DNA of 64,000 bases, taken from positions 1,683,034 to 1,747,033 of the forward strand of contig OZ244845.1 in assembly GCA_965220775.1 (NCBI GenBank), given 5' to 3'. Shown in pieces: positions 38,184 through 48,051 of this stretch. Both the position numbers and the translations under genes were made by a program. A model generated the notes under the pieces. It made no database searches. It was not told the DNA's origin and was given only the letters and a program-made list of their open reading frames with translations. Every line of letters begins with the position of its first letter. Positions within the stretch are counted from its first letter, which is position 1. This DNA is from Chloroflexota bacterium (GTDB lineage Bacteria > Chloroflexota > UBA6077 > FW602-bin22 > JBCLEL01).

Positions 38184-38793
38184 GATTACCCGCCTGTACC
38201 TGGATTCCGGCCGCCGAACTCGAATATTGCCATAATTTCTTCTGCATAAGCCTGCGGCCGCGCGAAAGTCGGCTCATCACGGTACCTATTGGAACGTCGG
38301 TCACGTCTGCGATTTCTCGGTAGCTAAGACCCTCGACGTCGGACAATAGCACCGCAATACGAAATTGCGCCGGGAGTTCCTCGATTGCGGCTTTGATGTC
38401 CAAGTCGACTAGCTCGCGGAACACTTCATCTTCGGCACTCTTGGGAAGGGGACTCTCTGACCGGTTCGTCCGGTTGTAGAGATAGAACTCCTCCAAATCT
38501 TCGATTGAAGACTCGCTTGTAGACCACTTTGCCCTGTTCATGTTGACGTGGGTATTGTGTAGGATCCGAAACACCCATGCCCGCATATTTGTTCCCAACT
38601 GAAATGTGTGGGCCGAACGAAATGCGCGAAGGTAGGTTTCTTGGACGAGATCTTCGGCGTCCTGCGCGTTGCGCGTCATACGGCGGGCGGTACGGTACAG
38701 CGAATCGACATGTTTCATCGCCTGGCGTTCGAATTCGGAACTCTCTGAGGCAGACATTGCCGCTTTGTTGTCGCTAGGGTTTTTCTGGATCAT
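38167..38793 (-). CDS. ECF-type RNA polymerase sigma factor
   Basis: 208-aa ORF with sigma-70 region 2 (DAEDLVQETYLRAF) and region 4 (LSYREIADVTDVPIGTVMSRLSRGR). Confidence 0.88.
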   Translation of the reverse strand: MIQKNPSDNKAAMSASESSEFERQAMKHVDSLYRTARRMTRNAQDAEDLVQETYLRAFRSAHTFQLGTNMRAWVFRILHNTHVNMNRAKWSTSESSIEDLEEFYLYNRTNRSESPLPKSAEDEVFRELVDLDIKAAIEELPAQFRIAVLLSDVEGLSYREIADVTDVPIGTVMSRLSRGRRLMQKKLWQYSSSAAGIQVQAGNRDELS

Positions 38794-39058
38794 GGTCTTG
38801 CCCTTTGCCTTGCGTCGAGTTGAGTCTACGCTCGCCTCTCCGGAAACTCAATCCCATATCGTATGATGCACCGCGCGCCGCACGTTCTCGGAAATGCAAT
38901 TCTCATTTGGAATTGAGGTCCAACTAAGATTGTACGATCAGTACTGAACACTCAAGGTCGATACAAGACTCTCCGTCGATTGGACAGAGTCTGTCGATTC
39001 TCCGTCCGAGGCGGCCGAAAGTTACACCTACGCCTAGCCACGCGCTTCATAGGGCGCT

Positions 39059-39400
39059 TTGTTTTGCAAAAAGTACCTCTTAGAGGTGGGTCCCTCCGAT
39101 CTGATGGAGGCCGGCGGTTTGAGACGATGCCAAATCCGGCCGGCTTGCGCTCGTCAAGACAATTTGTTTTGCAAAAAGTACCTCTTAGAGGTGGGTCCCT
39201 CCGATCTGATAGAGGCCGGCGAGTTGAGACGATGCCAAATCCGGCTGGCTTGCGCTCGTCAGGATATTTTGTTTTGCATTCTTGTCATCGGAAAAGCGGT
39301 TCTGCGCAAGTTGATAGAGGCCGGCGGCCTGAAATGACGTCACCAATTGGCCGGCGTGCGCTTGTTTTGTGTTTTTTCGTATTGGGCCGGCCATCTTCCA
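39059..39400. repeat. tandem array of about 105-bp units (about 3 copies plus a degenerate one)
   Basis: TTGTTTTGCA at 39059, 39164 and 39269, and a degenerate TTGTTTTGTG at 39362. Units 1 and 2 are near-identical and contain ACCTCT-t-AGAGGT and CCTCC-gatctgat-GGAGG inverted repeats. Confidence 0.85.
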
Positions 39401-39521
39401 CGGACGGATATCAAGCTGCGCGCCGTAGGTGTGCTGTCATCAGATTTGGCACGAATAAGCGAACATACGTACCATTATTATACCGCAGTAAGAGCGATAT
39501 TGCGGTAACTGTTGACGGCGG

Positions 39522-41153
39522 CAGGGGTTTTTGATTCTCTAACATCCGTTTTCACCCAAAGGTTGGCGGTGGTCTTGCCTTCCCCCACCCGTCTGGATTC
39601 CGGCTTCCGCCGGAATGACGAATCGAGGGGCCGGAATGACCAATAAGAGGCTGCTGGAGCGGTCTATCCCGGATCGGAGTCCGGGACATGCTTTCGTGCC
39701 AATCGCTCATGCCGGCTGGCGCCGGCACACCAAGGTGTGAAAATCGGGTGCATTGGTTGGTGGGAGAGTTCTAGCGTCATTGCCACAACCCGTACCTCCC
39801 CTCTGGATTCCCGCCTTCGCGGGAATGACGAATCGAGGGGCCGGAATGACGAATCGAGGGGCCGGAATGACCAATGAGAGGCTGCTGGAGCGGTCTATCC
39901 CGGATCGGAGTCCGGGACATGCTTTCGTGCCAATCGCTCATGCCGGCTGGCGCCGGCACACCAAGGTATGAAAAGCGGGAGTTGTCGTTTGGTACAGCGA
40001 ATCGGCACGGTGGATTCTGCTGAGCCCCACCCCGACGCCAGCGGGGGACAAGCCCCTCGCCTCGCGAAGTCTTCGACCGCGCTACGATCCCCTCTCCCCA
40101 CCCCTCTGGATTCCGGCCTTCGCCGGAATGACGAATGGGGGGCCGGATTGGCGAATGGATGCCGCGAATGACCAATGAGAGGCTGCTGGAGCGGTCTATC
40201 CCGGATCGGAGTCCGGGACATGCTTTCGTGCCAATCGCTCATGCCGGCTGGCGCCGGCACACCAAGGTATGAAAAGCGGGAGTTGTGGTTTGGTGCAGCG
40301 AATCGGCACGGTGGATTCTGCCACGCCCCACCCCGACCCCAGCGGGGGACAAGCCCCCGCGCTACGATCCCCTCTCCCCACCGCTCTGGATTCCGGCCTT
40401 CGCCGGAATGACGAATGGGGGGCCGGATTGGCGAAGGGATGCCGCGAATGACCAATGAGAGGCTGCTGGAGCGGTCTATCCCGGATCGGAGTCCGGGACA
40501 TGCTTTCATAGCAATCGCTCATGCCGGTTGGCGCCGGCACACCAAGGTGTGAAAATCGGGAGTTGTGGTTTGGCACAGCGAATCGGCACGGCGGATTCTG
40601 CCACGCCCCACCCCGACCCCAGCGGGGGACAAGCCCCCGCGCTACATTTTCTCATTCCGCCATCGGCCATCGGTCTACAATTCGACAGGTTTCGCCGGTG
40701 GAGAGCCGGGACGGAGGGCGATTGGAGGGCGCATCCCGGATCGGAGTCCGGGACATGCTTTCGTGCCAATCGCTCATGCCGGCTGGCGCCGGCACACCAA
40801 GGTATGAAAAGCCGGAGTTGTGGTTTGGTACAGCGAATCGGCACGGCGGATTCTGCCACGCCCCACCCCGACCCCAGCGGGGGACAAGCCCCTCGCGCTA
40901 CGATCCCCTCTCCCCACCCCTCTGGATTCCGGCCTTCGCCGGAATGAGGAATAGAGGGGCCGGAATGACGAGAACGCGGAATGGAGGGGTTCAACGGCGC
41001 GATCGAAAGCGGCGTAGGCGCATTTTCGTACGAATGACGACGTGCGGTTTGCGGACTATCGAAATGGCCTTGGCGGGTTGATTGTTTCGACCAACTGCTT
41101 GTCGGCCTAGGAAAATACTCAAGAAGTCCTAAACATTAAAGAATAGAAAAGCC
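39522..41153. repeat. composite repeat element, long copy (cluster R7), about 5 internal tandem units
   Basis: Starts with caggggtttttgattctctaacatccgtt and ends with ...cctaaacattaaagaatagaaaagcc. The interior is made of 230-300-bp units (anchor gctgctggagcgg at 39650, 39881, 40182, 40462) built from the same palindromic modules as the other clusters. Confidence 0.9.
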
Positions 41154-41319
41154 TTGGACGGTGGGCTAGGGTCTTCCGGTTCTCCGTCCAAGTCGGTCAC
41201 ACGAGTTTCAACTCCGGACGGAGGTGCGCTGCCATGGGGTTAGCCATCTGCCCGGAGAATCAGATATCCTTGGTCGATTGGGTGCAAAACCAAGAGACCA
41301 CGATCGTTGCCTACTGCAA

Positions 41320-43578
41320 CTAGATGGGCTCGGTTACCGTTATCGTCCGATCGGCAGAGATGTTGCTTATCGACTGCACAACTCCACTGGGCCAGCGGAT
41401 TTCGAGTTCGTCAACTGTGCCAACTTGGCCTAGACCAAAGTGGGCGATCAAACTGTTTTGGGACAAGAAGCTTGTTCCGCTCTGAATCTCACGGATCTGG
41501 CGCCTATCTCCAGCGGTCAGAATAAGCCGAGCTCCGATCCCGTCCCGGTTACTCTGGCTTCCGGCGAGTTGGACGCTCAACCACCGATTGCCGTTGCCCC
41601 TATTCCTAAAAAGCACTGGCTGTTGGTCGTAGTTGGCGACGAGCATGTCCAAGAATCCATCGCCATCTATGTCACCAACGGCTAGTCCGCGGGCGCATCC
41701 GGTGTGTGCGGTGGAAGTGATCCTCGATACGTCACGGAATGTCCCGTCGCCCATGTTGTGGAAAAGGGCATTGGGTTGGTCCGGAGGGTAGTTTCCGTCA
41801 GCTTTTTGCTCTGGGTATAATCTACCGGCTACAAAGTAGAGATCGAGTACGCCATCGTTGTCGAAGTCTAGGAAAGCGGTACCCCATCCGCTTGAGTCCT
41901 CGCCGCGAACGACCGCGCGGCCGACGCCAGCTCGATTCGTCATTTCTTCAAATGTCGCGTCGCCTCGGTTGCGATAAAGGACGTTGCTGCCCAAGTTAGT
42001 CGCGAACATGTCCAGACGCCCGTCGCCATCGTAATCGCCCACCGCGACTCCCATTCCGTGAAATGCCGCATCGACGCCGGCGCGCGCGCCGACCTCTCGA
42101 AACGCCCAGCCATCGTCTCTTGGGCCAAGGTTGCGAAACAGCGTGTTTGGGCGAATGTGGTGGCCGAAGTCGTTAACTATGTACAAGTCCGGCCTGCCGT
42201 CGTCGTCATAGTCAAATGAGCCGACAGCCAGTCCTGCACCATGGATCTCGCCCGCGTTCAGATATTTCGTCACGTCAGTGAACGTGCCGTTGCCCTTGTT
42301 TTGGAACAGACGGTGGCTGCGAGATGCCGCAGTATACGCCTTACGAGTGAAATCTGGCGACATCTCCAACCGGAACTCTGGAACCTCGTCAAGCCAGTAC
42401 GTGACGTAGAGGTCCAAATGTCCGTCGCTATTGAAATCAACCCAGGCTGCCGAGGCGGGGTGACCTTCACCGCGGGCAAGCAGTGCGTCGAACGTAACGT
42501 CAGAGAATCTGCCATTGCCCTTGTTTCGGAACAGCTTTAATCCGCTCAGAGTCGTAAGCAGAATGTCACAGTGACCGTCGTTGTCATAATCGGCGGCGGC
42601 GACTCCAATAGCAACCCCGTCAGGATCGGCTATACCCGCCTCGTCTGCGATTTCGGTGAACGTGCCGTCTCCATTGTTGATATAGAGCGCGTTCGATCCA
42701 TTCGCATTGGTCAAGAATATGTCCGGCATGCCATTCCCATTGACGTCAATAAAGGCCGCGCCGGCTTGAATGGTGTCGGCACGCCGGTTAGCCTGATGCC
42801 TGAAGTTAATTCCTGCCCGCAGCGTAATGTCCTCGTAGATTGGTAGCGTTGCCTCGGGATCGGGTCGACGCAGTGCCGCGGCAACTCTTGCTCCGCCAAT
42901 CGCGACAACGAATCCCGCCATACCCATGAGCAGAGCCCGGCGAGACAGCCCAGGGGAGCTCTTGAATCCGGTTGAGCTTGCCGGCTGATTGGCGACTTGG
43001 TTCCAACCCGCGATCAGATCGGCCGCTAGGTGTCGATTGAATCCCCCTATCCAGTAGGCGACGATTACCGGCAGATAGGCGGCGGTGTTAAGGGCGAGAT
43101 GGAGCCACATTAGATGCAAGGCATTACCCAAGATACCGGGCGTTCCGTCTCGCCCGAACTCAACAAACTGCCAGATCTTGAATATGTGCTCGATGGCGTG
43201 ATATCCCTGGATAAGGATGCCTACCGTGAGAAGCCACCACGCTGCGGTCCCGCGGGACCAAAGCTGTGGTCGGTGCGCACCACTCAGGGCATAGACTGAG
43301 ACAAGGAGAAGAAAAAAGAGAATGTTATAGGCGAATTGAAGTGGCTCTTGGTCGAAATATTGACCGAGCAGGCCTTTCGCATTCTGTAGGTCGAGGACGA
43401 ATCGCTGAAATACTTGAACGACTTGCTCGGCCTCATGGAACCCCTGAATTATCAAGAGTCCGAGGAACGCAACGGCAAGTGCTGGGTTGGGTAAGTGTTC
43501 GGTAGCTTCTAGTTGGCTCAGCCGCTTTCGAAGCTCGAGGATCCGTTCACGTATGGCTGCCGACTCACCGCTGACCAA
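41320..43578 (-). CDS. CRTAC1-family protein (FG-GAP/VCBS repeats plus ASPIC/UnbV domain) with an N-terminal polytopic membrane domain
   Basis: 752-aa ORF. Repeated DxDxDGxxD FG-GAP motifs, and a C-terminal NRDGIGARLILTAGDRRQIREIQSGTSFLSQNS...EIRWPSG (UnbV_ASPIC-like). The TTG start is uncertain. Confidence 0.85.
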   Translation of the reverse strand: MVSGESAAIRERILELRKRLSQLEATEHLPNPALAVAFLGLLIIQGFHEAEQVVQVFQRFVLDLQNAKGLLGQYFDQEPLQFAYNILFFLLLVSVYALSGAHRPQLWSRGTAAWWLLTVGILIQGYHAIEHIFKIWQFVEFGRDGTPGILGNALHLMWLHLALNTAAYLPVIVAYWIGGFNRHLAADLIAGWNQVANQPASSTGFKSSPGLSRRALLMGMAGFVVAIGGARVAAALRRPDPEATLPIYEDITLRAGINFRHQANRRADTIQAGAAFIDVNGNGMPDIFLTNANGSNALYINNGDGTFTEIADEAGIADPDGVAIGVAAADYDNDGHCDILLTTLSGLKLFRNKGNGRFSDVTFDALLARGEGHPASAAWVDFNSDGHLDLYVTYWLDEVPEFRLEMSPDFTRKAYTAASRSHRLFQNKGNGTFTDVTKYLNAGEIHGAGLAVGSFDYDDDGRPDLYIVNDFGHHIRPNTLFRNLGPRDDGWAFREVGARAGVDAAFHGMGVAVGDYDGDGRLDMFATNLGSNVLYRNRGDATFEEMTNRAGVGRAVVRGEDSSGWGTAFLDFDNDGVLDLYFVAGRLYPEQKADGNYPPDQPNALFHNMGDGTFRDVSRITSTAHTGCARGLAVGDIDGDGFLDMLVANYDQQPVLFRNRGNGNRWLSVQLAGSQSNRDGIGARLILTAGDRRQIREIQSGTSFLSQNSLIAHFGLGQVGTVDELEIRWPSGVVQSISNISADRTITVTEPI

Positions 43579-43673
43579 TAGCCGACCCTTCTGCCTCGTC
43601 CTGTGATTTTACCCTTAGGTAGAACATCGTAAGTATACACGCGGCCAATGGAATGGCTTGGGAGAGTGCACAC

Positions 43674-44488
43674 CAGGGGTTTTTGATTCTCTAACATCCG
43701 TTGTCACCCAAAGGTTGGCGGTGGTCTTGCCTTCCCCCTCCCCTCTGGATTGCGGCCCCGTATCGGAGTACGGGGCATGCTTTTGATCGCCGGAATGACG
43801 AGGGGATGCCGCGAATGACCAATGAGAGGCTACTGGAGCGGTCTATCCCGGATCGTAGTCCGGGACATGCTTTCATAGCAATCGCTCATCCCGGCTGGGG
43901 CCGGCACACCAAGGTATGAAAATCGGGTGCATTGGGTGGTGGGAGAGTTCTAGCGTCATTGCCACAACCCGCACCTCCCCTCTGGATTCCCGCCTTCGCG
44001 GGAATGACGATTGGGGGGCCGGATTGACGAGGGGATGCCGCGAATGACCAATGAGAGGCTACTGGAGCGGTCTATCCCGGATCGTAGTCCGGGACATGCT
44101 TTCATAGCAATCGCTCATGCCGGCTGGCGCCGGCACACCAAGGTGTGAAAATCGGGTGCATTGGTTGGTGGGAGAGTTCTAGTGTCATTGCCACAACCCG
44201 CACCTCCCCTCTGGATTCCCGCCTTCGCGGGAATGACGAAGGGGGGGGTGCGGGAATGACGAATTGAGGGGCCGGAATGACGAGATCGCGGAATGGAGGG
44301 GTTCAACGGCGCGCTCGAAAGCGGCGTAGGCGCATCCCGGATCGGAGTCCGGGACATGCTTTCGTACGAATGACGAGATGCGGTTTCGGACTATCGAAAT
44401 GGCATTGGTGGGTTGACTGTTTCGACCAACTGCTTGTCGGCCTAGGAAAATACTCTAGAGGTCCTAAACATTAAAGAATAGAAAAGCC
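43674..44488. repeat. composite repeat element, short copy (cluster R8)
   Basis: Same 5' terminus (caggggtttttgattctctaacatccgtt) and 3' terminus (...aaagaatagaaaagcc) as 39522..41153, but only 2-3 internal units. Confidence 0.9.
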
Positions 44489-44539
44489 CTGGGGTGCACA
44501 CAGGGTCCGCAGACGGACACCCAGGACGCGGGATGGGAG

Positions 44540-45187
44540 CTAGTTTGGGTTAGCCTGCTGGGAAGTGGATGGGTCAACCGAGTTACGAGCTCGCTCTCTT
44601 CGTCTGATCACTCGCGCCGAGGCGTTTATCAAAAGAAAGCCAGCAACAAATAAGACTGCGAAGAGTGTGACCGCCAACTCGAAATATTGCGAAAGGTAGT
44701 ACTGTATAGTCTCGCCGAACGCGAATATCAATCCGCCCACCAGGAAAAACCTGGCTCCACGGCCGATCGCTGAGGCGATCACGAAGCGTCTAAAATCCAA
44801 TTCGAAGAGACCGGCGCTTATGGAAAACACTTTATACGGTATGGGTGTAAATGCCGCGATCAGGATCGCCCACACGTCGTAGCGCTGATAAAGTCTTTGG
44901 ACGAGCATAATCTTTTCTTCCCCGAATAGTTTGATCGCTACCGGCCGGCCTCCCCTCATGCCTATCTGGTGCCCAAGCATACCGCCTAGGACCGACCCGA
45001 TCATACATACGAGTGCGAACACCAAGGCCGTCGGTGGATTTGCGAGGCTCAGAGCGATAAGCAAAACATCCGGAGGAACCGGAAAGAAACTAGATTCCGC
45101 GAATGATATGACGAAGAGTGCGGCCGGACCGTATGGTGATTCCGCCCACGCGACTACCCACTCCACGAGATGTCGAAGAATTTCCAC
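44540..45187 (-). CDS. DedA/YqaA-family membrane protein
   Basis: 215-aa polytopic ORF with an ESSFFPVPPDVLL motif. Confidence 0.8.
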   Translation of the reverse strand: MEILRHLVEWVVAWAESPYGPAALFVISFAESSFFPVPPDVLLIALSLANPPTALVFALVCMIGSVLGGMLGHQIGMRGGRPVAIKLFGEEKIMLVQRLYQRYDVWAILIAAFTPIPYKVFSISAGLFELDFRRFVIASAIGRGARFFLVGGLIFAFGETIQYYLSQYFELAVTLFAVLFVAGFLLINASARVIRRRERARNSVDPSTSQQANPN

Positions 45188-45385
45188 TCAGAAATCCCTC
45201 CTACGTTTCTAGTTGTATTCCGCCTCGCACGCCGACGTGACGTGGAGAGCCAATGCCGGAACTACTCAATCCGGCCACTAAATCTTGCGCATGAAGCCCA
45301 CGGACTCAGCTATTCTCGAAGGTCGTTTGCCGCAAGACCTTGGAACGGTTTGGACAGCTGGGAAAGTCAGTATCCTATAAACGCG

Positions 45386-45844
45386 CTACTTCCAGCCGCG
45401 GAGGACTTTCTCGGTTTCCTCTTTGTGGGTGGTTTCATCCTTGATAAAGTCTTCAAGGACCAGTCTCAGAGCGTGCTCGCCAAGCTGTCCGGCGAATTCT
45501 GCATGCTCGACGTACCGATTGATAGCGTCATTCTCAGCCGAAAGTACATTATTTAGCATTTCTACTGGCTCGGTGGCTTCGGGAACAGCTTTTGGCTCGG
45601 TTGTCGGAACGCCACCTAGCGCCGCAACCTTTTGCGCCAAGTACTGGGAATGGCTCAACTCACTGCTAACTTCGCTGGAGAAGAACTCCGAGAGCCAGGA
45701 CCTATGAGGGCCCGTTACTACAGATGAATACTGGATGTACATGATGACGGCCTGATACTCGTACGCCAAGTCCTCGTTGATGGCGCTGATCAGCCGGTCC
45801 TTGGCGTTGCTGGTTATTTCGGTGACAGAAGATACGGTAGCCAT
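45386..45844 (-). CDS. ferritin-like (bacterioferritin/Dps superfamily) protein
   Basis: 152-aa ORF with a four-helix-bundle-like pattern and paired E...ExxH motifs (SSELSHSQYL, KDETTHKEE). Confidence 0.7.
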   Translation of the reverse strand: MATVSSVTEITSNAKDRLISAINEDLAYEYQAVIMYIQYSSVVTGPHRSWLSEFFSSEVSSELSHSQYLAQKVAALGGVPTTEPKAVPEATEPVEMLNNVLSAENDAINRYVEHAEFAGQLGEHALRLVLEDFIKDETTHKEETEKVLRGWK

Positions 45845-46132
45845 GAGATCTCCTTCGAGTGTCTGCTTGAAGTGCTAGTTTGTTAGTGCAATAACAGTAT
45901 AGTTTGTTTTCCGGTTGGTTGAAAACTTGTGCCAATTCGTGAAAATCATATTACCCAATGTAGGAATAGTGACGAGATGACGTTTCCCGGATGAGAATGG
46001 CGACTCTTGACTTCTATGCATCATGGGCGCTCAATCGAATCGAAACAGCTACGTTCTGACGGCGTCTCTGTTTTGATCACCAGGACGTAGGAACGCGATA
46101 CTTCGCGCGGAAAATCGAGTCGGGTAAACATT

Positions 46133-46209
46133 GGGTGGTTAGCTCAGCCGGCTAGAGCACCGCGTTGACATCGTGGAGGTCGCTGGTTCGAGTCCAGTAT
46201 CGCCCACCA
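46133..46209 (+). tRNA. tRNA-Val (anticodon GAC), copy 1
   Basis: Hand-folded. Acceptor gggtggt/atcgccc, anticodon arm ccgcg-ttGACat-cgtgg, T arm gctgg-ttcgagt-ccagt, encoded CCA. Confidence 0.9.
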
Positions 46210-46290
46210 AACTGGACAAAATCGACAACCTTCGTTTTGAAGTTCAGCCTGGCGCTCTAGTCTTGTGCCAGACTAACCTAATATATCTGA

Positions 46291-46902
46291 ATGAAGAGTG
46301 GTAGCTTTCCAACCAATTGTCGTGGGCTTGAAGCAATACGCAGCTCCCCTGGCACCAGCGTAGCTAACAGCGGGAACCGCCTCCTGCCCAATAGCTTCCA
46401 GGTCACTCGTCCCCGCTTCGGGGCGGGAGAGTATCCTGGCGCGAAGGGCCCTATCGAGGCTGCAAGAAAGCTGAGAACATTGCTAAGCGCGGGAATCGAC
46501 CACTTCATCGACCCGACGGAGCCGGGAGAATTGATCCCCTATGCTGAGATTGCGGAGAAGGGAGCCCGTTGCCTTGGCCCTGCCGTTGGATATGAACGGA
46601 GTCCAATTGTTCACCAGTGCGTTCCATGCGGTCCAGAGCAGATGGCCGGGCTCCTCGACGCCATCGACACCGCTATGCGTGACGGCAAGACCGTGTACCT
46701 CCATTGTTGGGGCGGAGTTGGCTGGACCGGTAACGTGGTTGGGTGCTCGTTGGTCAGGCATGGACACACGAGAGACGCAGCACATCGCCAGATTGCCGAG
46801 TGGTGGCCGGGAGTTGAAAAGGTCTACCGGCAGCCCATCTCGCCCGAAACGAGCGAACAACATGAGCACGTCCGCAACTGGATTGTGCCGTCGTCAGAAT
46901 AG
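46291..46902 (+). CDS. protein-tyrosine/dual-specificity phosphatase-like protein with Arg-to-Trp change in the P-loop
   Basis: 203-aa [13 protein letters not shown] stands where the family has HCxxGxxRT (CX5R). AGEYPG and [16 protein letters not shown] are typical of this bacterial PTP-like family. Confidence 0.65.
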   Translation: MKSGSFPTNCRGLEAIRSSPGTSVANSGNRLLPNSFQVTRPRFGAGEYPGAKGPIEAARKLRTLLSAGIDHFIDPTEPGELIPYAEIAEKGARCLGPAVGYERSPIVHQCVPCGPEQMAGLLDAIDTAMRDGKTVYLHCWGGVGWTGNVVGCSLVRHGHTRDAAHRQIAEWWPGVEKVYRQPISPETSEQHEHVRNWIVPSSE

Positions 46903-46910
46903 GTAACCGC

Positions 46911-47882
46911 TTGAGTGAGCTAACCACACGGGACCGTTTTCGCGGCTGCCTAGTGGGGCTGGCGGCGGGTGACGCGCTGGGCACCACGCTGGAGTTCGAG
47001 CGGCCCGGTACTTTCCAGCAAATCGACGACATGATCGGCGGCGGGCCGTTTAACTTGGAACCCGGCCAGTGGACCGATGACACGTCCATGGCCCTGTGCT
47101 TGGCCGCCAGCCTGATCGAGAGGGGCGAGTTTGACCCGATGGACCAGATGCGACGCTACGTGCGTTGGCGGGATGAGGGTTACCTCTCGTCCACAGGGGC
47201 ATGCTTCGACATTGGGAACACCATCGCAAGTGCGTTGTCGCGCTTTATGGATACAGGCGAACCTTATGCCGGCTCTTCCGACCCTTATTCCGCCGGGAAC
47301 GGTTCGCTGATGCGGCTTGCGCCGGTGCCGATGTACTTTGCAGGCGATGCTGCCGAAGCAATCAGCAGGAGCGCCGATAGTTCCCGAACCACCCACGGGG
47401 CCGAAGAAGCGGTTGACGCTTGCCGCTACTTCGCCGGACTGCTCGTTGGCGCTTTGAATTGCGCCGACAGAGAGACGCTCCTATCCGCACGCTATTGCCC
47501 GGCGGAAGGCCTTTGGGAAAGAAGCCCGCTGGCGGTAAAGGTCGCCACTGTGGCAGGCGGGTCGTTCAAGGATCGAGAACCTCCTGAGATCAAGGGATCG
47601 GGCTACGTTGTAAAGTCGCTGGAGGCGGCATTGTGGGCCTTCCACAATTCTCAGGACTTTCGTGACGGAGCCCTTCTGGCCGCCAACCTCGGGGACGACG
47701 CCGACACCACCACCGCAATCTACGGGCAGATCGCTGGGGCTCACTATGGAGTTGAGGCTATCCCGTTTGAATGGCGGGACCGCCTGACGATGGTGGCTGA
47801 GATTACGGCGATGGCCGACAGTCTCCATGGCCACGCCAGGCAGTCCTTGCCCGCAAGGCCGCACAATAGGAAGGCGCCATGA
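46911..47882 (+). CDS. ADP-ribosylglycohydrolase family protein
   Basis: 323-aa [36 protein letters not shown] and [20 protein letters not shown] are ARH/DraG-family hallmarks. Confidence 0.88.
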   Translation: MSELTTRDRFRGCLVGLAAGDALGTTLEFERPGTFQQIDDMIGGGPFNLEPGQWTDDTSMALCLAASLIERGEFDPMDQMRRYVRWRDEGYLSSTGACFDIGNTIASALSRFMDTGEPYAGSSDPYSAGNGSLMRLAPVPMYFAGDAAEAISRSADSSRTTHGAEEAVDACRYFAGLLVGALNCADRETLLSARYCPAEGLWERSPLAVKVATVAGGSFKDREPPEIKGSGYVVKSLEAALWAFHNSQDFRDGALLAANLGDDADTTTAIYGQIAGAHYGVEAIPFEWRDRLTMVAEITAMADSLHGHARQSLPARPHNRKAP

Positions 47883-48051
47883 CGGCGGAAGGAACTGAAC
47901 GAACGGGTGAGATTCGGGGCGTGAATGTGCACTGGGTCAGTCGTCAAAGCCTTGGCCGACGAGGCATTGGAGTGTCCGTCGCCGGAGTTCGAGGCCTAGC
48001 GTTCACAATGAGAGCGCCCATCGAAGCCTTCGCGGTACAAAGGGAGTCCTG

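Noticed and set aside
38794-38980. ECF-type autoregulated promoter upstream of the sigma gene
   Set aside because: Only a weak GAGAAT...CGTG resemblance to GGAAT-N-GTT-type promoters was found, which is not enough to call.
38980-39534. 184-aa ORF (and 39059..39337, 39185..39394)
   Set aside because: They read straight through the 105-bp tandem repeat array. The protein is internally repeated only because the DNA is, and there is no RBS or start context.
39753-41081. Many 60-204-aa ORFs on both strands (for example 39895..40509, 40506..40994, 40521..41081)
   Set aside because: All lie inside composite repeat element R7. Mutually overlapping frames repeat the same module-derived peptides.
39522-41153. 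Possibility that the repeat clusters are CRISPR arrays
   Set aside because: There is no constant-length direct repeat alternating with unique spacers. Units are 230-300 bp composites of several different palindromes, occur in both orientations, and no cas genes are nearby.
45845-45960. Fur/PerR-like box upstream of the ferritin-like gene
   Set aside because: An AT-rich segment (gtgaaaatcatattacc) only loosely resembles a Fur box, with no clear dyad.
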